In this document: piece by piece, positions 39,875-48,585 of the stretch
Numbering within the stretch: the first letter of the stretch is position 1
Layout of the letters: every line of letters starts with the position of its first letter
Position numbers and translations under genes: made by a program
The notes under the pieces: model-generated
Told to the model about the DNA's origin: nothing
The model's database searches: none
What the model saw: only the letters and a program-made list of their open reading frames with translations
Assembly (NCBI GenBank): GCA_032249235.1
Contig: JAVVGF010000002.1
Span: forward strand, 96,001-160,000
Reading direction: 5' to 3'
Length of the DNA stretch: 64,000 nucleotides
Origin: Thermoproteota archaeon
GTDB lineage: Archaea > Thermoproteota > Thermoprotei > Gearchaeales > Gearchaeaceae

Positions 39875-40760
39875 ACCATATTGTAGCCATACATTCAAGT
39901 AAAATTTTGGAAGCTAAAATAGCTGTATTGCCATTGTCGTAAAGAGGGGATACCTCGACTAGGTCTACACCTACTACTTTCCTCGATAACATACTCTTGA
40001 TAAGATTGAGAAATTCACTTAGAGATAAACCAAATGGTTCCGGATTACTAACAGCTGGAGCATAGGCAGGATCAAAGACGTCCATATCAATGGAAATATA
40101 GATTCTTGAAGAATTCTCTGTAGCACCTTTAATTTTTTGAATGCACTCATTAAAATTCTCTTTAATATATCTTATGTCGAGAATGTTGATGTTGTTATTT
40201 TCTGCAAACTTTCTTTCCTCCTTCGAAAACGCTCTTGCTCCAATTATAAATAGCTTAGCTGGTCTGAATTCTTCGTAAATTCTTCGTATCACTGTAGCAT
40301 GGCCATATTTTACTCCTGCTGGATATTCATCTCTTAAATCGAGATGAGCATCGAAAATAAATAAAGTATCAAACTTCATTCCTTTAAGAATTCCATATGT
40401 GATTGTGTGTTCACCCCCTATAGAAAGGAGAATTTTCTTCATCGAGACCGCTTCTTGAGAAATCGAAGTAATTCTTCTTAGTGCTTCTCTTATATCGAGA
40501 CCTATTAAATCTAAATCTCCTACATCGTAAAATTCAACATCTTCTAGAAACGTGGTAGATAAAAGGCTATTTGTTTCAATATTTATAGATGCTTCTCTGA
40601 TCGCAGATGGAGCAAACCGAGTCCCAGGCCTAAAGGTAGTTGTACTATCATAAGGCATTCCTACGATAATGAATAACGCATTTCTTGGAGATTTTTGAAT
40701 ACCGCCAAATTCCTTGTATGCTTTCGTGAGATATATCTGCGAATATTCAAAAATTGACAT
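39861..40760 (-). CDS. speB: Agmatinase (ureohydrolase)
   Basis: PYDST..RPG.RF.P, GGEH, DAHLD and SIDMDVFDP. Confidence 0.92.
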   Translation of the reverse strand: MSIFEYSQIYLTKAYKEFGGIQKSPRNALFIIVGMPYDSTTTFRPGTRFAPSAIREASINIETNSLLSTTFLEDVEFYDVGDLDLIGLDIREALRRITSISQEAVSMKKILLSIGGEHTITYGILKGMKFDTLFIFDAHLDLRDEYPAGVKYGHATVIRRIYEEFRPAKLFIIGARAFSKEERKFAENNNINILDIRYIKENFNECIQKIKGATENSSRIYISIDMDVFDPAYAPAVSNPEPFGLSLSEFLNLIKSMLSRKVVGVDLVEVSPLYDNGNTAILASKILLECMATIWSSQP

Positions 40761-41014
40761 ATTCTTATTTTAATTTTTACAAATTAATAATTGAAAAGTG
40801 CTATTATTCGCATAAGGATATCAAGCCATATTAAGATAGATATTAGCGAAGTTTATTCATTATAGGTGCAAAAAGTTTTGAAGGGAAAGAGAAAAGTAAG
40901 CAATCAACAATGAAAGAAGTATAAGGATTGCTATTCTTCTCGTTATGGTTTTCCCCTTAATTTTTTTAAGTAATAGTATATAAATTATTCGAGGAAGATA
41001 TTATTGAATTGAAG

Positions 41015-42511
41015 ATGAATCCTAAATTAGTAGAGTTAGCTAAAAGGAGAGGTATATTTTGGCAATCATTTGAAATATATGGAGGTGTAAGCGGATTCAT
41101 AGATTTTGGTCCAATAGGTGTTAAGATCCTTAAAAAAATAGAAAATGAATGGAGGAAAATTTTTCAGGAAAATCACGATTTCATATTCGAGATTTCAACA
41201 CCGATTGTAATGCCAGAAATTGTGCTAAAGGCTTCAGGCCACGTTGATCATTTTACTGATATAGTTTTGAGTTGTTTAAAATGCAATAGAAAATACAGAG
41301 TAGATAACATAATTGAAGAAGAAGGAATTGAAGGTTGGGAATTAGAAAAAATTGAAGGTTATATAAAAGATAAAAATCTAAAATGTCCTGAATGTGGAGG
41401 TGATTTCGATAAACCTTACAAATTTAATTTATTGATGAAAACGAACATAGGACCATATTCAGCAGACATTGGATATCTAAGACCTGAAGCAGCTCAAGGA
41501 ATATTCATCAATTTTAAAAGATTATATGAATACAATGGTAAAAAGCTACCGTTCGGTATTTTCCAAATCGGAAAAGTACAAAGAAATGAAATTTCTCCAA
41601 GAAAAGGTCTTCATAGAATGAGGGAGTTCACTATAATTGACTTAGAATTCTTTTTTGACAAAGAAAATCCCTCATGTAATTACCTAGCTAATATCAGAAA
41701 TGAGAAACTGAGAATAATGAGAGCAAAAAATAAGGAAATATCGGAGCTTTCTGTAGAGGATTTAATCAATGAAGAAATCATTTTGAATGAGTGGATGGCT
41801 TATTTTATGTTTTTATCTAAAGAATTTCTTAAAAGGCTAGGAATAAACTATCACAAACAATACTTCCTTGAAAAAGCACCTGAAGAAAGGGCACACTATT
41901 CCTCTCAAACATTTGATCATATGGTTATAATGAGCGATTCAACACATATAGAAGTTGCAGGTTTTGCTTTTAGAACGGATTACGATTTAAAGAATCATAG
42001 CGAAAAAAGCGGAGTACAATTGTATGCTGAAAGAATTGAAAACGGAAAAGTTAAAGAAAAGTTCTATCCTTATGTAGTAGAGCCTTCCTTCGGGCTTGAA
42101 AGACTCCTTCTGGTAACGTTGGATGCAGCTTATAGCGAAAACAATAACAGAATTATTCTAAAGTTGCCTAAACAAATTGCGCCTTATGATGCAATCGTAG
42201 CTCCATTAACTAAAAAGGAAAGTTTGGTTGAATTTTCAAAGGATGTATACTTAAAAATGAAAAGAGATAAAATAGATGTAGCCTTAGATACTACAGAATA
42301 CATCGGTAAAGTATACGCCAAAGCGGATGAAATAGGAGTTCCCTACGTCATAACAATAGATTATCAAAGCTTGGAAGATAATACTGTAACTATTCGTGAT
42401 AGAGATTCGTGGAGACAAATCAGGGTTAGCTTAAAAGATCTCACTACCAAATTAAAAGCTTTATTGAATGATGAGATAAAGTTTGAAGAAGCCGGACCAT
42501 TGATTAAGTAG
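41015..42511 (+). CDS. glyS: Glycyl-tRNA synthetase (alpha2 type)
   Basis: IYGG..G..D.GP, SGHVDHF.D, LRPEAAQG, RNEISPR, EPSFG and C-terminal anticodon domain. Confidence 0.95.
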   Translation: MNPKLVELAKRRGIFWQSFEIYGGVSGFIDFGPIGVKILKKIENEWRKIFQENHDFIFEISTPIVMPEIVLKASGHVDHFTDIVLSCLKCNRKYRVDNIIEEEGIEGWELEKIEGYIKDKNLKCPECGGDFDKPYKFNLLMKTNIGPYSADIGYLRPEAAQGIFINFKRLYEYNGKKLPFGIFQIGKVQRNEISPRKGLHRMREFTIIDLEFFFDKENPSCNYLANIRNEKLRIMRAKNKEISELSVEDLINEEIILNEWMAYFMFLSKEFLKRLGINYHKQYFLEKAPEERAHYSSQTFDHMVIMSDSTHIEVAGFAFRTDYDLKNHSEKSGVQLYAERIENGKVKEKFYPYVVEPSFGLERLLLVTLDAAYSENNNRIILKLPKQIAPYDAIVAPLTKKESLVEFSKDVYLKMKRDKIDVALDTTEYIGKVYAKADEIGVPYVITIDYQSLEDNTVTIRDRDSWRQIRVSLKDLTTKLKALLNDEIKFEEAGPLIK

Positions 42512-43524
42512 AAGAAGACGGTTTTCTCAAATAATAGTAGGCGAATAATGCTATGAATAAAATAATTAATACGCCTATAATTAAGGAGAAATCTATAGTA
42601 AATCCTTCAATATCGATAATTGAAAGAGATATTTCTATTTTTGTATTCGTAGATTCATCAATTACTATAGGAACCTTATATTCGTAGCTACCTACTTTAA
42701 TAACTAACAAATACATTCCTTTGGGTATATTGTTAAGCGTATAAAATCCATCAGAATAAGATAAGACCTGTGTTAAATTTCCTATAACTTTTACATCCGC
42801 ATTTTTTATAGGAAGACCTAATAAATCGGTTAGTTTGATTTTTAGATCAAATATATATATGTCCTAAGAGAAAAGGTGGTATTAGAAGATGTAACTACGA
42901 TCTGTTGCGTTAAAACATTGACCCCTTGATAAATGACTTTCGCTGTGAAGTTACCTATATATCCCGGCCACACAGCTTTTCCGTCAGTAATGGTTATATT
43001 TATAATTTATCAATTTTAAAGTATTAGAAATCAAATTAGTATAATTGCCTCCGCTTACTAATAATATAAAATTATTAGTTACATTTAAAGCGAGAAATTT
43101 TGTCTTTAAAGCTATATTTGCTTTATAAATTAAATCGTTTATATTAATATTACTAATAGAATCGTAGTATATCTATATTACTATTCCTTTTTCTATAAAA
43201 AAATCAAAAGTAGAAATTGGATTTAATGGACTTAAAAAACAACGAAGCAATCTTTCGGTTTGATTTAAATTAAATATAATAATTGTATAATTATTAATAT
43301 GACTCAAATAATTACCTAACTTCAATATATCTGTATTATTATAATATATTAAATTTAGAGAGAATATCGTTTAATTATAAGTATGATAAATATTTAATTC
43401 TTCGATTAGATTTGGTTGATCAGCCAATACTATCTGGGAGTTATGAGAAAAATCCAATATAGGGCTGGATGGAATTACTACCAATAAGATTGATGCCTTA
43501 AGCATTAATGAATCCTACTATCAT
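42504..43524 (-). pseudogene. Decayed cell-surface protein gene (beta-sandwich domains + C-terminal TM anchor)
   Basis: The 3' frame extends to DIYIFDLKIKLTDLLGLPIKNADV...DGFYTLNNIPKG.Y plus a TM anchor. Upstream coding-like pieces (INITITDGKAVWPGYIGNFTAKVIYQG..., NDLIYKANIALK...) lie in different frames with stops. Confidence 0.7.
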
Positions 43525-43564
43525 GGCTATTTAAGCTTAAAAGCCCTTTATTTGAAATTTTAAA

Positions 43565-43834
43565 ATGATGAGTCAAAAACCTAGAAAAGAAAAAAGGTTA
43601 AGGATAAAACTTAAGGACGATGTAAAAGAAGGAAAACTACTGATAAATGAAAAAATAGCGAAAGAATTAGAGATTACGGATAAGGTAGAAATTGTAGTAG
43701 GAGGAAAGAAAAAACTTATCCTAGATGCACTTTTATCATCAGAAATACCTGAAGAAAATGTTTTTATAAATACTTTATTAGCTAAGGCTAATGGAATAGC
43801 AGATAATACTATAGCAACTATCAGAAAAGCTTAA
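43565..43834 (+). CDS. Small hypothetical protein (double-psi beta-barrel/CDC48-N-like)
   Basis: 89 aa with two similar halves (IN...AKELEI.D.VEI and IN...AKANGI.D...ATI). Confidence 0.55.
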   Translation: MMSQKPRKEKRLRIKLKDDVKEGKLLINEKIAKELEITDKVEIVVGGKKKLILDALLSSEIPEENVFINTLLAKANGIADNTIATIRKA

Positions 43835-44822
43835 TTTTCAATCCGAAACCCATAGCAAAAGGAAAGGTTAATAAAAGATCTTCAAGGATAATTATTGTTC
43901 TGCCTATTAAAATTGCAGCCGCAGATATTATAGGATTGATACCAAAACCTGAATATATTCCTATCATGATGGGCTCAACTACTCCAATGTTGGCAGGCAA
44001 AAGAACTGCGGATGTTGTTAAAAGAGCTACAATTGGAAAAGTGAATATTAAAATTCCAAGGTTTGCTGGATATCCTACTGCTAGAAAAGCTAAATAAAAG
44101 CTGAGCGAATTAAAAAACCACTGAATAATCATAAAGATTAAGGCAATCATGGAGGAAGGGCTTTTCAAAAGATAACGCCCAAAATAAGAAAAATCATCGA
44201 TAAATTTTTCTGATTTCTTTACTAAATAATCATATTTTGGCCTAATTTTTTTATTATTTTTTACAAATTTTTTTAATATGAATCTAATTATTTTTTTAGA
44301 GAAATTAGGGAATAATATAAATAGTAATAATAGAGTTATTAAAATAAATACAATATATAATGAAAATAACAAAACCGAAATTTCTAAATTAGAGAAAAAC
44401 ATCAAAATTAATCCTATAATGAGAAACAAACTCATAGCAAGACCGTATTGAAACTTATTTATGCTAAGCGTAGCAAGAAGTTTTTCGTTAGATATATTAT
44501 GATTCTTGTTTAGATAAACAATTCTTGCATACTCACCACTGAGCGAAAATGAAGGAACAATCAGATTAAAAAATATTGCAATACATGTTGACTTGAAGCT
44601 TTCATATAGCGAAATCTTTTCTAATTTTATCAGTAATGAATGCCAAGCCAAAAAGAAAAAAACTACCGCTAAAAAATTAGATAAAAGAATCATCATGAGA
44701 ATAACCCAATTACTTTCTAGGATAATTGACAAAATCCTATAGGGCCCTAAATTAATGAGTAAAAAGATGAATAATAATAAAATAACTAGTGTTATAATTA
44801 AGCGCAATAAAGTTTTTAGCAT
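43821..44822 (-). CDS. Lysylphosphatidylglycerol-synthase TM domain / flippase-like membrane protein (UPF0104)
   Basis: FFNL.VPS..GE..R, P..IGVVE and multiple TM segments. Confidence 0.8.
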   Translation of the reverse strand: MLKTLLRLIITLVILLLFIFLLINLGPYRILSIILESNWVILMMILLSNFLAVVFFFLAWHSLLIKLEKISLYESFKSTCIAIFFNLIVPSFSLSGEYARIVYLNKNHNISNEKLLATLSINKFQYGLAMSLFLIIGLILMFFSNLEISVLLFSLYIVFILITLLLLFILFPNFSKKIIRFILKKFVKNNKKIRPKYDYLVKKSEKFIDDFSYFGRYLLKSPSSMIALIFMIIQWFFNSLSFYLAFLAVGYPANLGILIFTFPIVALLTTSAVLLPANIGVVEPIMIGIYSGFGINPIISAAAILIGRTIIILEDLLLTFPFAMGFGLKIKLF

Positions 44823-44862
44823 GTTCTCTTTAATTAATGAATAGAACAATTTAAGTTTGAAA

Positions 44863-45408
44863 ATGGGAAAAACAGCAATTTATGCAGGAGGATTTTTTGT
44901 ATTACTAGATGAAGAGAATGGACCAGAACTATACAGAGAAGGTTTCTACGGTAAACCTTTGGGCATAGATAAACCTAAAACGCCTATTTTCAAAGCAAAA
45001 ATGATTCTGAGCTTCTATGAAGCATTATATCTTAAGCGGAAGAAGGACTTAAAGATATTGGATAGTCTAGGTAATGAAATAAAGGAAGAGGAAATATTAA
45101 AAGAAGCAAGCAACTACATTGATAATTTCGATATAAAATTTGCAGTCTACGAAGATTTAAGGAATAAAGGATATATTCCCAAACCGGGAATGAAATATGG
45201 CGTTACATATCTAGTATATGAGTATGGACCTGGTATAGATCATGCTCCGTTCTTGGTTCATGTTATAAAACAAGCTGAAAATATGGAAGTGTTAGAAATA
45301 CTAAGAGCCGGTAGGCTTTCCCATAGTGTCAAGAAAAGACTTATAATCGCTACTGTGGAGCCAAAAAGCTATCGAATAAGCTACTATCTTTTCAAGTGGT
45401 TTGAATAA
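44863..45408 (+). CDS. endA: tRNA-intron endonuclease, catalytic subunit
   Basis: Catalytic Y-H-K in KYG..YLVY..GPGIDHA...GRLSHSVKK. Crenarchaeal-specific loop GFYGKPLGIDKPK. Confidence 0.93.
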   Translation: MGKTAIYAGGFFVLLDEENGPELYREGFYGKPLGIDKPKTPIFKAKMILSFYEALYLKRKKDLKILDSLGNEIKEEEILKEASNYIDNFDIKFAVYEDLRNKGYIPKPGMKYGVTYLVYEYGPGIDHAPFLVHVIKQAENMEVLEILRAGRLSHSVKKRLIIATVEPKSYRISYYLFKWFE

Positions 45409-45582
45409 AAGCTAGATGATGTAAACAATGTTTTAGCGTTATCTACAGCACTGTAAATTGGAAACTTACATACTACTTTGAATTGAAAGATTAAAGAATT
45501 GCTTGGTAGGAAAATACAGTTAAAAACATAAATTTCGATAATTAAAAGATTAAATAGTAGTTGATAGGATAGACATTAAATA

Positions 45583-47121
45583 ATGCCTGAAAAATACATA
45601 GTTGATCTACAAACAGTCTCATCATCTACATTGAGAGACTTGATTATCGATGGAACTGTTAGAGGTAAGTTATATATTCATACTGGATATTTCAAAAACG
45701 TTAGTTCAGAAGAGGAACTTCGTAGCATAGCTGAATCTATTATGGAGATCACAAACTTAAGCTCTTTATATGAAGATGTCACCGCTGAATTGATTAGCCA
45801 TATTCCTAAAGGCTTAAAGATTGATGACTTATATTCAGATAAAAATCACTTTTTGATAAGTTTGGCCATTGAACTAGATTGCATAATAATAACTAGTGAT
45901 CCTATTCTAGCACAAATGACGAAAGCTTCTAGAATAAAATGCATTTATAAGGAACCTGAAAAGAGAATTCCTTCATTTACTAAATACTTTACAGAAGATG
46001 TTATGAGCTTACATCTTAAAGAGGGATCTTATCCTTATGTTAAAAGAGGTAAACCAGGAAAATGGGTTTTAGAGAAGATAGATGATAAGATTCTAACACG
46101 AGCCGAATTGGAAAATATAGCAAGAGAAATATATGAAATTGCAAAAACTTCTTACGAGCAAGTAAAGGAAATAGACAGGAAGTCTTCACTTATAGCACAA
46201 CTGGGTCACTATAGAATTGTTTTCGTTAAACCGCCTTTATCTGATGGTATGGAAATAACAATAGTACGCCCAGTTAAGACTTTGAGATTAGAGGACTACA
46301 AGATATCTGAGAGGTTAATGAAGAGATTAGAAGAGCAGGCTGAGGGGATACTCATTGCTGGTGCACCTGGTATGGGTAAAACAACTTTTGCACAAGCATT
46401 GGCTGAATTTTATCTTAGAAAAAATAAAATCGTAAAGACTGTTGAATCACCAAGAGATATGAATTTACCTGTTGAAATCACTCAGTATTCAAAGACCCAT
46501 GGAACATCAGAGGAACTTCACGATATATTATTGCTATCAAGACCAGATTATACAATATTCGATGAAATGCGTGACACGAAAGACTTTGAACTTTATACAG
46601 ATTTAAGACTTGCAGGTATCGGCATGGTTGGTGTAATACATGCAACAACCCCAATAGATGCAATACAAAGATTTATTAATAGAGTAGAGCTAGGTATGAT
46701 CCCTTCAATAATAGATACTGTAATTTTCATAAAATACGGTGAAATAAACAAAGTTTATACTCTGGAAACCGCAGTCAAAGTACCTCATGGATTGACAGAA
46801 GCTGATTTAACTAGACCAGTTGTGCTAGTGAAAGATTTTGAGACTGAAGAACCAGAATATGAAATATACGTGTTTGGTGAGAGAACTTTCGTTGTTCCAA
46901 TTAAAAAAGAATATGAAACTTATGATGAAACAAAAAAAGGAATAATCAAGACGTTGCGCAAATATGTTCCAAGTGTAGAAATAGAAGTGGAGAAAAGGGA
47001 AGGAGCGTATATTGTAAAAGTACCTATGAAATATTACACTAGAATTCAACATTTAGCTTCCAAAAAACTTAAGAAGATAGCTACGAAATACGATGCAGCT
47101 ATTGAGATAATACCTATATAA
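45583..47121 (+). CDS. PIN-domain ATPase PINA (Holliday-junction migration ATPase) with KH-like tail
   Basis: Divergent PIN domain, MSLHLKE, GAPGMGKTT, VESPRD, FDEMR and GMVGVIHA. Confidence 0.88.
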   Translation: MPEKYIVDLQTVSSSTLRDLIIDGTVRGKLYIHTGYFKNVSSEEELRSIAESIMEITNLSSLYEDVTAELISHIPKGLKIDDLYSDKNHFLISLAIELDCIIITSDPILAQMTKASRIKCIYKEPEKRIPSFTKYFTEDVMSLHLKEGSYPYVKRGKPGKWVLEKIDDKILTRAELENIAREIYEIAKTSYEQVKEIDRKSSLIAQLGHYRIVFVKPPLSDGMEITIVRPVKTLRLEDYKISERLMKRLEEQAEGILIAGAPGMGKTTFAQALAEFYLRKNKIVKTVESPRDMNLPVEITQYSKTHGTSEELHDILLLSRPDYTIFDEMRDTKDFELYTDLRLAGIGMVGVIHATTPIDAIQRFINRVELGMIPSIIDTVIFIKYGEINKVYTLETAVKVPHGLTEADLTRPVVLVKDFETEEPEYEIYVFGERTFVVPIKKEYETYDETKKGIIKTLRKYVPSVEIEVEKREGAYIVKVPMKYYTRIQHLASKKLKKIATKYDAAIEIIPI

Positions 47122-47141
47122 CAAATCGAAGATAATTGTAA

Positions 47142-47200
47142 TAGCGATGATATAACAGAGTTACACTGAGTAAAAATGAAGAAAAGGCATTTGGTTGAGC
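47142..47200 (+). ncRNA. Box C/D guide sRNA (double guide, 23S rRNA)
   Basis: C-like GCGATGA 47144-50, guide, D' CTGA 47166-69, C' ATGAAGA 47176-82, guide, D TTGA 47195-98. Guides CAGAGTTAC and AAGGCATTTGG are complementary to conserved LSU rRNA GUAACUCUG and CCAAAUGCCUU. Confidence 0.78.
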
Positions 47201-47248
47201 ATCAAAACATTTTAAGACCCATTAATTCTTATTTATATTAGATATTAG

Positions 47249-47322
47249 GCGGACGTCGTCTAGCTTGGTTAGGACATCAGCCTGCCACGCTGGGAACCCG
47301 GGTTCAAATCCCGGCGTCCGCA
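47249..47322 (+). tRNA. tRNA-Gly(GCC)
   Basis: Acceptor GCGGACG/CGTCCGC, anticodon arm TCAGC-CTGCCAC-GCTGG, T arm CCGGG-TTCAAAT-CCCGG. Confidence 0.96.
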
Positions 47323-47362
47323 TAACGAAAGATTTAAATTCTAATAGTGAAAAAGCATTAAA

Positions 47363-48349
47363 GTGTTAATTGAGTTATCAATAATTCTATTTATCATATC
47401 CTTTCTATCTGTCTCTCTGCAAATTCCTTATTGGATTAAATACTTCATAAAAATTGGTAAAACTGGAATAGATATCCATAAAGAAAACAAGCCGCATATA
47501 CCTGAAATGGGAGGAGTTTCAATAATAATCACAGCATCTATATTAGGCATAATTCTTTATGTTTTTACTAAAGATTTGAAATATCTAGCTATAATTGGAG
47601 CCGCAATAATCGGTGGAATTATAGGCTTATTAGATGATCTCATTGATTTGGGAGGAAAATTGAAGCCTATATTAACGCTTCTTACTTCTATTCCAATATT
47701 AGCCTTAGGATTATATTATCCAAGACCTGCACTTCCTTTCATACCTTCAACTCAGCTTACAATCTTATATCCTATCTTAATACCCATTGGTATGGCAGTA
47801 GCTTCTAATGCCGTCAATATGCTTGACGTGATAAATGGAGCGACACCACTTTTATTAATTCCTATTTTTCTAGCGCTAATCGCTATTTCATTAATATTCG
47901 GAAACATCTCAGTCTTGCCCATAGCGACTTTAATTTTAGGATCGCTTATTGCTTTTTACATCTTTAATAAATATCCAGCAAAAATCTTCATGGGCAATTG
48001 TGGAGATTTCTATTTGGGTGCTTTTTTAGGAGCCATAGCGATTGTATTCAGCTTAGAGGTAGCAGTCCTAGTAGCAATGTTTCCATATATCATGAATGGA
48101 TTTTATGCACTATCTTCGGTAGGAAGATTATTCGAGAGAAAAGAAATTAAAGATAAACCTGTAATTTTCAGGAACAATCTTTTAAATGCTTCATTAAATA
48201 AGCAAGCACCTATGACACTTCTAAGAATTATCGTAGCAAAGGGGCCCTTAACTGAAAAACAAGCAGCAACAATTTTGTTCATTCTTTCATGCACATCTTC
48301 AATTCTAGCTGTAGTCACTGAATTTCTTACAAAGGTGAAGCTGATTTGA
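47363..48349 (+). CDS. aglH: UDP-GlcNAc:dolichyl-phosphate GlcNAc-1-phosphate transferase (MraY/GPT family)
   Basis: G.DIHK, PEMGG, GLLDD, NAVNMLD..NG, FN.YPAKIFMG and many TM segments. Confidence 0.88.
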   Translation: MLIELSIILFIISFLSVSLQIPYWIKYFIKIGKTGIDIHKENKPHIPEMGGVSIIITASILGIILYVFTKDLKYLAIIGAAIIGGIIGLLDDLIDLGGKLKPILTLLTSIPILALGLYYPRPALPFIPSTQLTILYPILIPIGMAVASNAVNMLDVINGATPLLLIPIFLALIAISLIFGNISVLPIATLILGSLIAFYIFNKYPAKIFMGNCGDFYLGAFLGAIAIVFSLEVAVLVAMFPYIMNGFYALSSVGRLFERKEIKDKPVIFRNNLLNASLNKQAPMTLLRIIVAKGPLTEKQAATILFILSCTSSILAVVTEFLTKVKLI

Positions 48350-48585
48350 TAAAGAATGTTTTGTTCGTAATTTCATTATTGTTAGTTTCATGGATATTGT
48401 TTTTGTTTTTCTCATCAATTATAGCTTATATCATACATTTAGGTTATGATAAAGATCTTTTTCATAACATATTTAATTCAATTATCGGCGTCGTGCTTCT
48501 TATTATATGGCTAGCTTTATGGTATTATATAACGAGAAAAGCTTTTTTCAATGCGTTGAAGAGTTATCAGCCCAGTACTTCTTAG
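48346..48585 (+). CDS. Small two-TM hypothetical membrane protein
   Basis: Coupled to the aglH stop; two hydrophobic segments. Confidence 0.55.
   Translation: MIKNVLFVISLLLVSWILFLFFSSIIAYIIHLGYDKDLFHNIFNSIIGVVLLIIWLALWYYITRKAFFNALKSYQPSTS

Noticed and set aside
45409-45582. ncRNA in the endA-PINA spacer
   Set aside because: ATGATGT and CTGT are only partial box matches, with no stable stem or target complementarity seen.
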